This document shows positions 35,294 through 43,802 of a stretch of 64,000 bases of DNA, piece by piece; positions within the stretch are counted from its first letter, which is position 1, and every line of letters starts with the position of its first letter. This stretch comes from Candidatus Niyogibacteria bacterium (GTDB taxonomy: Bacteria; Patescibacteriota; Minisyncoccia; HO2-45-28). Below the pieces are notes generated by a model. That model made no database searches. It was not told where the DNA came from and was given only the letters and a program-made list of their open reading frames with translations. A program made the translations under genes and the position numbers. The stretch lies in contig CP066691.1 of the NCBI GenBank assembly GCA_016432485.1, positions 676,944 through 740,943 of the forward strand. Direction: 5' to 3'.

Positions 35294-36541
35294 ATGATAG
35301 ACCAAAAAATGCGCGGACTGATTAAAGCCGAAGAAAAGCGGCAGCAAGGCGTTATCAACCTGATTGCTTCTGAAAATTTTGCATCAAAAGAGGTTCGGGA
35401 GGCGAGCGGTTCGGTTTTGACTAATAAATATTCAGAAGGTTATCCGGGGAGGCGTTATTACGCCGGAAACGAAATTATTGATAAAGTTGAGCGGCTGGCA
35501 CAGGAGCGCGCGCTGAAACTTTTTAAATTAAATCCGGCGCGTTGGGGCGTGAATGTTCAGGCGCTTTCCGGAGTTCCGGCAAATTTTCTTGTTTACTCGG
35601 CTTTGATTGAACCGGGACAAAAAATCGCGGGACAGGCCTTGGATCAGGGCGGGCACTTGTCTCACGGTTCAAAGGTTAGTTTAACCAGCAAGTTTTGGCA
35701 CTGGGTTCATTATACGGTTGACAGGAAAACAGAAATTCTGGACTATAAAAAACTTGCAAGCCGGATGAAAAGAGAAAAGCCCAGGATGATTGTTGCCGGA
35801 TATTCGGCTTATTCACAAAAATTGGATTTTAAAAAATTCAGAAAAATTGCCGATTCAGTCGGCGCGCTTTTGATGGTTGATATGGCGCATTTCGCGGGTT
35901 TGGTTGCGGGCGGAGTTTATCCTTCGCCGTTTCCTTACGCCGACATTATTACAACCACGACCCACAAAACTTTAAGAGGCCCCAGAGGCGCCTTAATTTT
36001 CGCACGAAAAATCCAACATCCAACATCCAACTTCCAACTTTCAGAGTTGATCGATAAAGCCGTATTTCCGGGGGGACAAGGCGGGCCCCATGATCATCAA
36101 ACCGCCGCGATTGCCGTCGCTTTACGCGAAGCGATGCAACCCCCGTTTAAAAAATACGCTCGCCAAATCGTAAAAAACGCGAAAGTTCTTGCCGATGAAT
36201 TAAAAAAGAAGGGCTGGCGAATTGTCTCGGGCGGAACAGACAATCATTTATTTTTAGTTGATGTCTGGTCGCAAGGTCTTGCCGGAAAAGACGCCGAGAG
36301 TATTCTGGAATCAGCCGGAATTATAATCAACCGAAACGGTATTCCGTATGACAGCCGTTCTCCTTTTAATCCGTCGGGGATTCGTATTGGAACTCCGGCC
36401 GTGACCACGAGGGGAATGAAAGAAAAAGAGATGGTGATTATCGCCGGGTGGATTGACGGGCTTTTAAAAAGTGAAATAAGCCCCTTGAGCGTTAAAAAAG
36501 AAGTCGCGCGCTTCGTAAAGAAATTTCCGATTAAACAATGA
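35294..36541 (+). CDS. glyA: serine hydroxymethyltransferase
   Basis: NLIASENFASKEVREASGSVLTNKYSEGYPGRRYY, PLP-lysine region TTTTHKTLRGPRG. Confidence 0.9.
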   Translation: MIDQKMRGLIKAEEKRQQGVINLIASENFASKEVREASGSVLTNKYSEGYPGRRYYAGNEIIDKVERLAQERALKLFKLNPARWGVNVQALSGVPANFLVYSALIEPGQKIAGQALDQGGHLSHGSKVSLTSKFWHWVHYTVDRKTEILDYKKLASRMKREKPRMIVAGYSAYSQKLDFKKFRKIADSVGALLMVDMAHFAGLVAGGVYPSPFPYADIITTTTHKTLRGPRGALIFARKIQHPTSNFQLSELIDKAVFPGGQGGPHDHQTAAIAVALREAMQPPFKKYARQIVKNAKVLADELKKKGWRIVSGGTDNHLFLVDVWSQGLAGKDAESILESAGIIINRNGIPYDSRSPFNPSGIRIGTPAVTTRGMKEKEMVIIAGWIDGLLKSEISPLSVKKEVARFVKKFPIKQ

Positions 36542-37395
36542 TTATTGACGGAAAAAATCTTGCCGAAGAAATTAAGGAAGAATTAAAAAAAGAAATCTCG
36601 GCAGCCGGAAAAAAACTTAAGCTCGCCGTAATTTACATCGGTGAAAATCCGGCATCAGCCAGTTTTATTAAGCGAAAGCAGGCATACGGCGCGGAAATAG
36701 GCATTGAAGTTGAAATAAAAAAACCGAAAGAAGAAATATGGAAATCGCGGGCGGGATTAAGGGATTATCTCTCAAAAATAACGCACGATAAAAAAAATAA
36801 CGGAGTCATAATCCAATTGCCGCTTCCAGAAGAAATAAAATCAAGAACTCAATATCTGCTGGACGCCATTCCCGCGGATAAAGATGTTGATGTTTTGTCA
36901 TCGGAAGCCGTCGGTAAGTTCGCAAGCGCCCGCTTTTCCATAACTCCTCCGGTTGTGGGGGCGATTAAACATATTTTTGAAAAAAATAAAATTGAACTCG
37001 CGGGTAAAAATATAGTTATTGTGGGCGAGGGCGTTTTGGTGGGCAAGCCCGTTGCTTTGTGGTTTTTAAGCCGGCGTTTGCCGTTCACCATCTTAACCAC
37101 CAAGTCGCCAAATTTTTCAGAAGTTATGGCTGGCGCCGATATTGTTATTTCGGGAGCGGGCAAATCCGGATTGATTAAAAAAGGCATGGTAAAAAACGGC
37201 GTTGTTGCCATTGATGCCGGTACCTCATCCGAGTCCGGCCAACTGAAAGGAGATTTTGATCCGGTGGTTTCCGAGAAGGCGTCTTTGTTTACTCCCGTTC
37301 CCGGCGGCATCGGCCCCTTAACGGTCGCGATGCTTTTTAAAAACTTTATTGTTTTGTCGCAAAAAACCAAACACCGAGTGTCTGGTAAACATTGA
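36538..37395 (+). CDS. folD: bifunctional methylenetetrahydrofolate dehydrogenase/cyclohydrolase
   Basis: IIDGKNLAEEIKEELK...ASFIKRKQ...; Rossmann GxGxxG region; overlaps glyA stop. Confidence 0.85.
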   Translation: MIIDGKNLAEEIKEELKKEISAAGKKLKLAVIYIGENPASASFIKRKQAYGAEIGIEVEIKKPKEEIWKSRAGLRDYLSKITHDKKNNGVIIQLPLPEEIKSRTQYLLDAIPADKDVDVLSSEAVGKFASARFSITPPVVGAIKHIFEKNKIELAGKNIVIVGEGVLVGKPVALWFLSRRLPFTILTTKSPNFSEVMAGADIVISGAGKSGLIKKGMVKNGVVAIDAGTSSESGQLKGDFDPVVSEKASLFTPVPGGIGPLTVAMLFKNFIVLSQKTKHRVSGKH

Positions 37396-37399
37396 TAAT

Positions 37400-37969
37400 A
37401 TGGATACGGCTGTTTTAAGTTATTTAAATAGTTTTGCGGGGCGATGGCAGTTTTTTGACACAGCCGTAATTTTCAAGGCCGAATATCTCGGCTGGTGGAT
37501 GCTTGCGGGAGTCGGTGCGTTTTTGGCGGTCTCCGCCTATCTAAAAAGAGGGGAATTAAAGGCAAGGCACATGGTTTTTGTGGCCGTTGTCTCGGGCCTT
37601 CTGTCGCGGTTTGTGGTTACGGAGATCATCAGATTTTTTTACGACAGACCGCGCCCGTTTGACTTGTCCGCCGAAGCCTTGGCGAAGGCGGGAGTTTTGG
37701 ATGTTTATAAACTAATAGCGCATAACGGCGGAGGGTCATTTCCTTCGGGTCATGCGGCTTTTTTCTTTGCTGTGGCAGCCGGAGTTTTTATCTATTACAA
37801 AAAGTGGGGAATTTTATTTTATTTGTTTGCTTTAGCCATGGGGCTAAGCCGAGTTATCGCGGGTATCCATTGGCCGTCAGACATCTTGGGGGGCGCTATT
37901 ATAGGCATTGCCTCGGCGTATTTAACGACTTACGTCGTATCAAAATATCAAAAACGCTCCGATATCTAA
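37400..37969 (+). CDS. PAP2-family membrane phosphatase
   Basis: PAP2 motifs KxxxxxxRP (FFYDRPRP), PSGH (SFPSGHAAF), SRxxxxxHxxxD (SRVIAGIHWPSD); start taken at MDTAV (track start 37349 overlaps folD). Confidence 0.75.
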   Translation: MDTAVLSYLNSFAGRWQFFDTAVIFKAEYLGWWMLAGVGAFLAVSAYLKRGELKARHMVFVAVVSGLLSRFVVTEIIRFFYDRPRPFDLSAEALAKAGVLDVYKLIAHNGGGSFPSGHAAFFFAVAAGVFIYYKKWGILFYLFALAMGLSRVIAGIHWPSDILGGAIIGIASAYLTTYVVSKYQKRSDI

Positions 37970-38640
37970 CTTTCCTTAACTTCCCAATCAAGATGCATTT
38001 TGGGGAGCATCATATGGGGGTTCCATTCTTTTTTGAGTTTATTTAAATCGTCGGCCGCCTGATACTTGCCTTTATCCTGGGAATAATCTTTATCTAATAT
38101 TGGCTCTACTTCGTAAAAAACCATCTGCGCTATTCTGCGTCCGACAACCAGCGGTATCGTGAAGTGCTGTGAATTGTTCGTCACCTCCATCGTCCAGCGG
38201 TTAAAGTACCCGACATCTCCCCAGCCGGCGTCTTTGCAAACCTCAATAAAATTTCGTCCGAGTGATGAGCGGGCGTACATTTTGCCGACGCATTTTTTGC
38301 GGCCGCCGACGAATTCCTGGGTGTGCGCAAGGATTGTTTCTCCCGGGTGCAGGAGAATGACCTTATCGCGCGGTTTGATATTGGCGAATTTCATCCCCAT
38401 TTGTTTTGAAAGTTTGTCCGCGTTAGCCGCTTTATGCGGTCCCGACCAAATACGTCTGGTTGAGGCCTCGTCATATATATTATGTATGGTGTGTCCGCCG
38501 TTCGGGTGCGATTCGCGCCAGAAATGCTCGCCGAGTGTCACATCGTAGCTCGTGGTTTTGAGCTTTTTGGGATGAAAAGGAGCAATAATTATATTGCCCT
38601 CCTTAATATGTCTTAAAATTGCGTTTCGGGATAAAAGCAT
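37966..38640 (-). CDS. dcd: dCTP deaminase family protein (possibly bifunctional dCTP deaminase/dUTPase)
   Basis: N-terminus MLLSRNAILRHIKEGNIIIAPF resembles Dcd; longer C-terminus than canonical. Confidence 0.6.
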   Translation of the reverse strand: MLLSRNAILRHIKEGNIIIAPFHPKKLKTTSYDVTLGEHFWRESHPNGGHTIHNIYDEASTRRIWSGPHKAANADKLSKQMGMKFANIKPRDKVILLHPGETILAHTQEFVGGRKKCVGKMYARSSLGRNFIEVCKDAGWGDVGYFNRWTMEVTNNSQHFTIPLVVGRRIAQMVFYEVEPILDKDYSQDKGKYQAADDLNKLKKEWNPHMMLPKMHLDWEVKES

Positions 38641-38724
38641 AAGGAAAGTTTAGCACGCTTGAAGACGGAAGAGTATAGATTTATGATGTGGATGGCTGTT
38701 GAAAACTGAATAAGGGGTCCGATT

Positions 38725-39891
38725 ATGGATTTTGAACTGACTGCCGAGCAAAAAATGATTCAAGATATGGCGAAAGGTTTTGCCGTCACTCATTTCGCGC
38801 CCATTGTTGAAGAATATGAGGCGCAAGAAAAATGCCCCACACATCTTTTTCAGAAAACGGCCGATTGTGGATTTTTGGGCATAAATGTTCCCCAGAAGTT
38901 TGGTGGAATGGGCTTGGATTCCGTCTCTCAAATGCTTATTGTCAAGGAGTTGTCCAAGGTCTGGGCCGGGGGCACTTTGAGTTTGATCATTGTCCCGAAT
39001 TCCTTGGTAGCCTATTCTCTGGCAAAATACGGTACGGCCGAGCAAATTGAAAAATACCTGAAGCCGCTAATTAGGGGCGAGAAGCATGGGTGTTTTGGCT
39101 TGACCGAGCCGAATTATGGTTCGCATGCCTCGGGCGTGAAAACCAAAGCACACCCCCCCGACATAAGTGTGTTCGGAAGCGCATATAGAATAAATGGCGA
39201 GAAAACCTTTATTACCAATGTTACTTTTGCCGATTTTATCCTGGTTCTGGCACGAACCCATTTGGCAGACAAAGACCGGCCGGAATACGACGGTTTGACT
39301 GCTTTCATTGTAGATATAGGTGCGACTTGCGTTACCAAAGAGATAAAAAAAATAGGACTTCACTCCGCTCCTTTCGGTTCAATTCATTTTAAAGATACGT
39401 TTGTTTCGGAGGAAAATATTTTAAGCAAAGAAGGACGAGGTTTTAAAATTTTTATGGATACCCTGATTTCGGGTCGGATTTTTATTGCCGCCCAAGCGTG
39501 GGGAGTTGCTGAAGCCGCGTTTGAAGACGCGTTGGCCTATACCAAAGAGAGGAGGACTTTCGGAAAACTTTTGATTGACCATCAGGTGGTTAGCCACACT
39601 CTTGCCGATATGGCCATGGCGGTCAAAGAAGCCGAGTTCTGGACGCTTTACGCCGCTTCGCTTAAGGACTCCGGCGCGCCCGATTTTCGTAAATGGGCTT
39701 CGGCCGCGAAGACAAGGGCTACTGAAAGCGCGCTTTTTTGCGCCGATAAAAATGTTTTAATTCACGGCGGCATGGGTTACACCCGCGAAGCTCTTGCGGG
39801 ACGCCTTTGGCAGGAAGCTAAAGCATTTGAAATTTATGAGGGCGCAAATCCCATTCAAAAAGAAATTATTGCCAGAGAACTGAAAAAGTAA
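38725..39891 (+). CDS. acyl-CoA dehydrogenase family protein
   Basis: MDFELTAEQKMIQDMAKGFA... CFGLTEPNYGSHASG... typical ACAD N-/middle-domain motifs. Confidence 0.8.
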   Translation: MDFELTAEQKMIQDMAKGFAVTHFAPIVEEYEAQEKCPTHLFQKTADCGFLGINVPQKFGGMGLDSVSQMLIVKELSKVWAGGTLSLIIVPNSLVAYSLAKYGTAEQIEKYLKPLIRGEKHGCFGLTEPNYGSHASGVKTKAHPPDISVFGSAYRINGEKTFITNVTFADFILVLARTHLADKDRPEYDGLTAFIVDIGATCVTKEIKKIGLHSAPFGSIHFKDTFVSEENILSKEGRGFKIFMDTLISGRIFIAAQAWGVAEAAFEDALAYTKERRTFGKLLIDHQVVSHTLADMAMAVKEAEFWTLYAASLKDSGAPDFRKWASAAKTRATESALFCADKNVLIHGGMGYTREALAGRLWQEAKAFEIYEGANPIQKEIIARELKK

Positions 39892-39897
39892 AAAATG

Positions 39898-39929
39898 AAT
39901 ACGCAACGAGTGTTGCGTATTTTTATTTT
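39898..39929 (+). terminator. rho-independent terminator after acyl-CoA dehydrogenase
   Basis: AATACGCAAC-GAGT-GTTGCGTATT + TTTATTTT. Confidence 0.7.
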
Positions 39930-39949
39930 GGCGGGCGGCAAATTTTTTG

Positions 39950-39993
39950 AAAAATATAAAGAGAAAGGCACCGTCAACTGAATGAACGGTGCC
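39950..39993 (-). terminator. intrinsic terminator of minus-strand gene 40055-40543
   Basis: Minus strand AGGCACCGTTCATTCAGTTGACGGTGCCT + TTCTCTTTATATTTTT. Confidence 0.6.
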
Positions 39994-40054
39994 TGTGATG
40001 GACAGCACTCGAAGGTGACTATCCGGAAACCTTTAGAACGAACGCTTACTCCTC

Positions 40055-40543
40055 CTACATCCACACCGGCCCTCGAGTTCCCCACGTGTAGGGAAGCCCG
40101 ATGCCAGCGCAGCCGTACTCGCCGCGTCTCGCCTTTTTCCAAAGGACGAGCTGTGCGTGGCGGACCTTCTGGTCACACACCACGCACAGGCGAAGCTGCC
40201 TGATCCGATCGTTCTTCACGAACCGGATCAGCGCAACCTCGACATCGGCTTGCCGACCTGATGTCTCCACCAGATCGTCGGGACCGAGCGCCGGCGGCTC
40301 CTGCGGCACTTCCGCGTATCCGTACGCGTAGTATTCGCCGTTGTAGTAATCGAGCCGGAGCGTGAAGTCGCCGAAGTTGATCTTCGGACGATGCACCACA
40401 CTTTGCCGGTCCGACCAGATCCCGAAGAGGAAGAAGAGAATCGCTTCTCTCCACCTCGACTCGGGGAATTCCTGCGACGACAGACCGCTGACCTGGATGC
40501 CATTGCTGATGACACCCGCGAGACGCGCAACTAGCTGATTCAT
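40055..40543 (-). CDS. hypothetical 162-aa protein, GC-rich island gene
   Basis: Start MNQLVARLAG preceded by AGGAGG; consensus promoter 40708-40736; Tyr/Gly-rich centre DYYNGEYYAYGY and CVVCDQ...H segment; no recognised family. Confidence 0.5.
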   Translation of the reverse strand: MNQLVARLAGVISNGIQVSGLSSQEFPESRWREAILFFLFGIWSDRQSVVHRPKINFGDFTLRLDYYNGEYYAYGYAEVPQEPPALGPDDLVETSGRQADVEVALIRFVKNDRIRQLRLCVVCDQKVRHAQLVLWKKARRGEYGCAGIGLPYTWGTRGPVWM

Positions 40544-40707
40544 ACGAACCTCCTGGGAGGTACTCCGCAATACCACACTACTGAACCATTCAGCAGGTGA
40601 ATTGTGGAGGCAGCCGCATTTCTGCAGCAACAAGCGAGAAACTAAGGAATAATTTCCCATTTGTTGCCGCAAAAGCCAAAAATCAATGTGCTTAATTTAC
40701 TGTAATA

Positions 40708-40736
40708 AGTATAGCATATATAAACTCATATGTCAA
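40708..40736 (-). promoter_or_regulatory. consensus sigma70 promoter (TTGACA-17-TATACT) on minus strand with ~160-nt leader
   Basis: Minus strand TTGACATATGAGTTTATATATGCTATACT. Confidence 0.55.
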
Positions 40737-40904
40737 GCCAAAACAGAGCAATCAAAAAAAGCCCTTATTTCAGGCCATTTTCCACTTTTAAATTCTTATG
40801 GAAATTTTTCTTTGCATTGCCCTACGAAGCCTTGGTCCTACTCCGTAGCAGTCACTACTGCGAAGGACGCAGCGAAGTATGGGGCGGCAAATTCTTTGTT
40901 TTTT

Positions 40905-40950
40905 ACAATTTTAAAAATGAGAAACCCGCTACGCCCGAAGACGTAGCGGG
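40905..40950 (-). terminator. intrinsic terminator of gene 40979-41608 (minus)
   Basis: CCCGCTACG-TCTTCGGG-CGTAGCGGG + TTTCTCATTTTT on minus strand. Confidence 0.65.
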
Positions 40951-40978
40951 TGGGCAGTCTGCTTAGTTTTTGTTGCGA

Positions 40979-41608
40979 TCACCACCATGGCGGGCGTTCG
41001 AAGTCGCGAAGCGAGATGTTGTTCACGTTGATCCACGCATCGTAGCAGTCACCACCGTCGAGCTTGGCGGACAGCTCGGAGCCATCCTCAAACTTGATGT
41101 GGAGATTCTCGCCGACCACGTCAATCTCGGTGAGCTTCTTGCCAACGAATTCGCTCGTGAGCTTCGCGACGAACTGCTGTCGTGCCGCTTCGTGCGCTTC
41201 CGCCCTACGACGCTCTCGCTCTTCCTTCTCGCGCTGAGCCCGCGCCTCGTAATCCCTGCGGATCGTTTCCTTGAGCGTCGGGTTCGATACATAAAGCGCG
41301 ATTCCCACGGCAGGCACTTCACGCCAACCGCCGCCCTCGATCTTCTTGCGCTGTTGTTTCCGCATGAACGTATGGCGGATCTCGACAGTCCAAGGATCGG
41401 TAAGGGCGATGTTGTCGCTCGGAACCTCGAAACTCCGATCTCCGGATTCGATCTTCACCAGCTCTCCGAAGAGAGACGCTCCGACAACCTGAGGATTCGG
41501 CGAGAAGCCGAGCTCTCGCACCTGATGACCACCAGACACGACCCATCCTCCCTCGTTGAGCTTGTTGACAAGCTCTATCGGGGACAACGAAGTGCTGTGC
41601 CGGTTCAT
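40979..41608 (-). CDS. hypothetical 209-aa protein, GC-rich island gene
   Basis: Start MNRHSTSL after AGGAGG; Arg/Glu-rich coiled segment RDYEARAQREKEERERRRAEAHEAARQQ; no recognised family. Confidence 0.5.
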   Translation of the reverse strand: MNRHSTSLSPIELVNKLNEGGWVVSGGHQVRELGFSPNPQVVGASLFGELVKIESGDRSFEVPSDNIALTDPWTVEIRHTFMRKQQRKKIEGGGWREVPAVGIALYVSNPTLKETIRRDYEARAQREKEERERRRAEAHEAARQQFVAKLTSEFVGKKLTEIDVVGENLHIKFEDGSELSAKLDGGDCYDAWINVNNISLRDFERPPWW

Positions 41609-41675
41609 CGCGTTCACCTCCTAAGGTTTGATTTGTTCAAGGGAATGTAGATAATTCCACACTCCGACTGTTTAC

Positions 41676-41704
41676 AGTGTAGCAAGTATATATGACTTTG
41701 TCAA
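41676..41704 (-). promoter_or_regulatory. consensus sigma70 promoter (TTGACA-17-TACACT), minus strand
   Basis: Minus strand TTGACAAAGTCATATATACTTGCTACACT. Confidence 0.55.
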
Positions 41705-41766
41705 GCTCAGGTACAGTTAACCTTATGAGGTGACATTCTTGATGCGATAGGGTGACAAATTCTTTT

Positions 41767-42525
41767 TTAGATTTTATGAGCAACAATGACAACTCTATGG
41801 CGTTTCAACTCAATACCTTCTTGCGTTTTCATTTTTTCAACATACTCGGACAAAAATTTCCCGTCTTTAGTTGGGTCAAAATCCTTAAAAATAGGCACAC
41901 TTTCAAGCCAAAGGCTGAAATTATCAATATCCGAATAATATTCGGAGTAAAAAAATTCTTTTGCGAAAATCTCCTTAAAGCCAAGTGTTTCAAGCTCCGT
42001 CTTTTTCGATGCAAGGACGGATTTATCCCAGCCGCCAAAATTTTGGCCCCGACCAAAAACCTCCTTCAATTCCTTTGCGTCTTTCTCGCCGATACCAATT
42101 TCTATAAAACAACCACTCTTTTTCAAAACTCGATGAATTTCTTGATAAGGAGTTGGGCCTCTACGACTGTAAATCAAATCAAAATATTTGTCTTTAAATG
42201 GAAGTTTTTCTGCCTCGGCTTTTTGAAAAGTAACATTAGAAACTTTCTGTTCTTCTTGAAACTGCTTGGCCTTAGCGAGCATTTCAGAAGATATATCAAT
42301 TCCAAAAGTTTTATGAAATTTTTCTGCTATTTTAAGCGTAAATCTTCCGTCGGCACAACCAATATCAAGAGCGGTCTTATCTTTGTGGCCATACTTAATA
42401 AGTTGCTCAAGAAAAATTTCTTCTGGATTCCCATTGGGAAAATGGCTTTTGTGAATTGCTTCGGACTTATAGCCGCCGAATTTTTTAGCAACTTTATCAT
42501 AAAACTTTTGGTCAGGAATATTCAT
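41767..42525 (-). CDS. class I SAM-dependent methyltransferase
   Basis: Motif I ALDIGCADGRFT; AT-rich like host genome. Confidence 0.7.
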   Translation of the reverse strand: MNIPDQKFYDKVAKKFGGYKSEAIHKSHFPNGNPEEIFLEQLIKYGHKDKTALDIGCADGRFTLKIAEKFHKTFGIDISSEMLAKAKQFQEEQKVSNVTFQKAEAEKLPFKDKYFDLIYSRRGPTPYQEIHRVLKKSGCFIEIGIGEKDAKELKEVFGRGQNFGGWDKSVLASKKTELETLGFKEIFAKEFFYSEYYSDIDNFSLWLESVPIFKDFDPTKDGKFLSEYVEKMKTQEGIELKRHRVVIVAHKI

Positions 42526-42837
42526 AGGATTAAAAAATTTTCTTTTCTGCTTCTAACGAAATCGGGAATTTCTTTTTCCCCTAAAAGATTTGCTTCGCAA
42601 ATTTAACGGGGCACGTATTTTTCTCCGAATTCTTTTGCTGTTTTGGCATCCTGAAAGGAAGTGACAATTTCCCTCCTTCGCTTTCAGCTACGGACGGACA
42701 AGCAAGTTTTTTTTTGCTTTGCACTTCGTAGCTTCAGCGAAGGATGTGGCGGCATTCAATCCAAGAATTCGCGAAGCGAATACCTAAAGAATATAGGATT
42801 TTAAAAATGATGACAACAATGACAATCAGAAAAAAGA

Positions 42838-42870
42838 AACAGGCCGAACGCTCTTGCGAACGCTGGCCTG
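42838..42870 (-). terminator. intrinsic terminator of gene 42888-43379 (minus)
   Basis: ACAGGCC-loop-GGCCTGT then TTTCTTTTTTCT on minus strand. Confidence 0.6.
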
Positions 42871-42887
42871 TTGGTTGTGGTTATTCC

Positions 42888-43379
42888 TCACGGCAGTTCT
42901 CCGTTCAGGATTTCCTGCCACGAGTTCACCTGCTTGACGCGGCTGAGGAAGCGAGCGTATCGCCACACTTCATCGGGACGCGGCTGGAAGAGGTAGAGCG
43001 TGCTCACCGTAGCGAGGTTGCCCAAGACTTCCAATCGGTCGTCAACAAAGTGGGTAACGCCCAACTCCTCACAGATACCGGCCTTCTCGTGTCGCTCACG
43101 GCAGAAGCGAACGCGCTCGCGTCCGATTCCAGTGAGGTCATAGAAGCGGTGATGGTCGAGCCATTGCAGGGTTTTGTTCTGCACACGCTGACCGCACTTC
43201 GAGACAAGGAATACCTTGTCGCCGAACCGCTTCTCCACGAGCTGACGCAGAGCGTCGAAGACGCCCGGCACTGCCGTAGTCCGCAGGTAATTGTCAGTGA
43301 AGAACGAGGTATCGGTTCCGTCGTTCACTCGGTCGATGATGACGCCGCCGATATCGACGCCAAGCGTTTCTGCATTCAA
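42888..43379 (-). CDS. hypothetical 163-aa protein (degenerate HAD-like motifs), GC-rich, TTG start
   Basis: AGGAGG 8 nt before TTG; LGVDIGGVIID, VFLVSKCG, THFVDDRLEVL loosely resemble HAD motifs I/II/IV with non-canonical motif I. Confidence 0.45.
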   Translation of the reverse strand: MNAETLGVDIGGVIIDRVNDGTDTSFFTDNYLRTTAVPGVFDALRQLVEKRFGDKVFLVSKCGQRVQNKTLQWLDHHRFYDLTGIGRERVRFCRERHEKAGICEELGVTHFVDDRLEVLGNLATVSTLYLFQPRPDEVWRYARFLSRVKQVNSWQEILNGELP

Positions 43380-43436
43380 CGTTCTGCCCTCCTATCAAGG
43401 CACATTTTAACCTAAGCACTATGCCTAGATTTGAAA

Positions 43437-43465
43437 GCAATCATAGCATATCCAATCTAATACGT
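43437..43465 (-). promoter_or_regulatory. sigma70 promoter (TTGACG-17-TATGAT) minus strand, overlapping an 11-bp-stem hairpin
   Basis: Minus strand CAAGAAGCGGC-CAAAC-GCCGCTTCTTGACGTATTAGATTGGATATGCTATGAT. Confidence 0.5.
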
Positions 43466-43542
43466 CAAGAAGCGGCGTTTGGCCGCTTCTTGGAAAGAAT
43501 CACTAGGATTAAAAATTTTTCTTTTCTATTTTTCTTACGTGA

Positions 43543-43559
43543 TGCCGCGGGTGGGAGTT
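43543..43559. repeat. 17-bp direct repeat of tRNA-Leu 3' end (TGCCGCGGGTGGGAGTT) 82 bp beyond the tRNA
   Basis: Matches 43645-43661; intervening DNA forms nested hairpin GTGGGAGTT...GGGCTGCC-TAAA-GGCAGCCC...AACTCCCAC. Confidence 0.6.
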
Positions 43560-43642
43560 CTTTTGACTCGCTTTGCTCGTCTGCAAGCCTGGGCTGCCTA
43601 AAGGCAGCCCTTCAACTCCCACCAATAATTATTTTAAATTCT

Positions 43643-43730
43643 TGGTGCCGCGGGTGGGAGTTGAACCCACATGACCTTGCGGTCGCAGGATTTTGAGTCC
43701 TGTGCGTCTGCCAGTTCCGCCACCGCGGCA
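43643..43730 (-). tRNA. tRNA-Leu (anticodon CAA), CCA encoded
   Basis: Minus strand TGCCGCGGTGGCGGAACTGGCAGACGCACAGGACTCAAAATCCTG + long variable arm + GGGTTCAACTCCCACCCGCGGCACCA. Confidence 0.8.
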
Positions 43731-43802
43731 TAAACTTCTACGATAAATCTATACATTTATCCACCCATTGTCAAAAAAAACTGATTTGCTAACCTATAAA
43801 TA

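Noticed and set aside
36849-37370. 173-aa minus-strand ORF inside folD
   Set aside because: Antisense shadow ORF. folD on + has complete conserved motifs.
41752-42606. 284-aa + strand ORF
   Set aside because: Lys/Phe/Asn-rich junk translation of the AT-rich antisense strand of the SAM-methyltransferase gene (41767-42525, minus), which has clear motif I.
42744-43415. 223-aa + strand ORF
   Set aside because: Antisense to the minus-strand 163-aa gene, which has an RBS, promoter and terminator. The + frame has no RBS.
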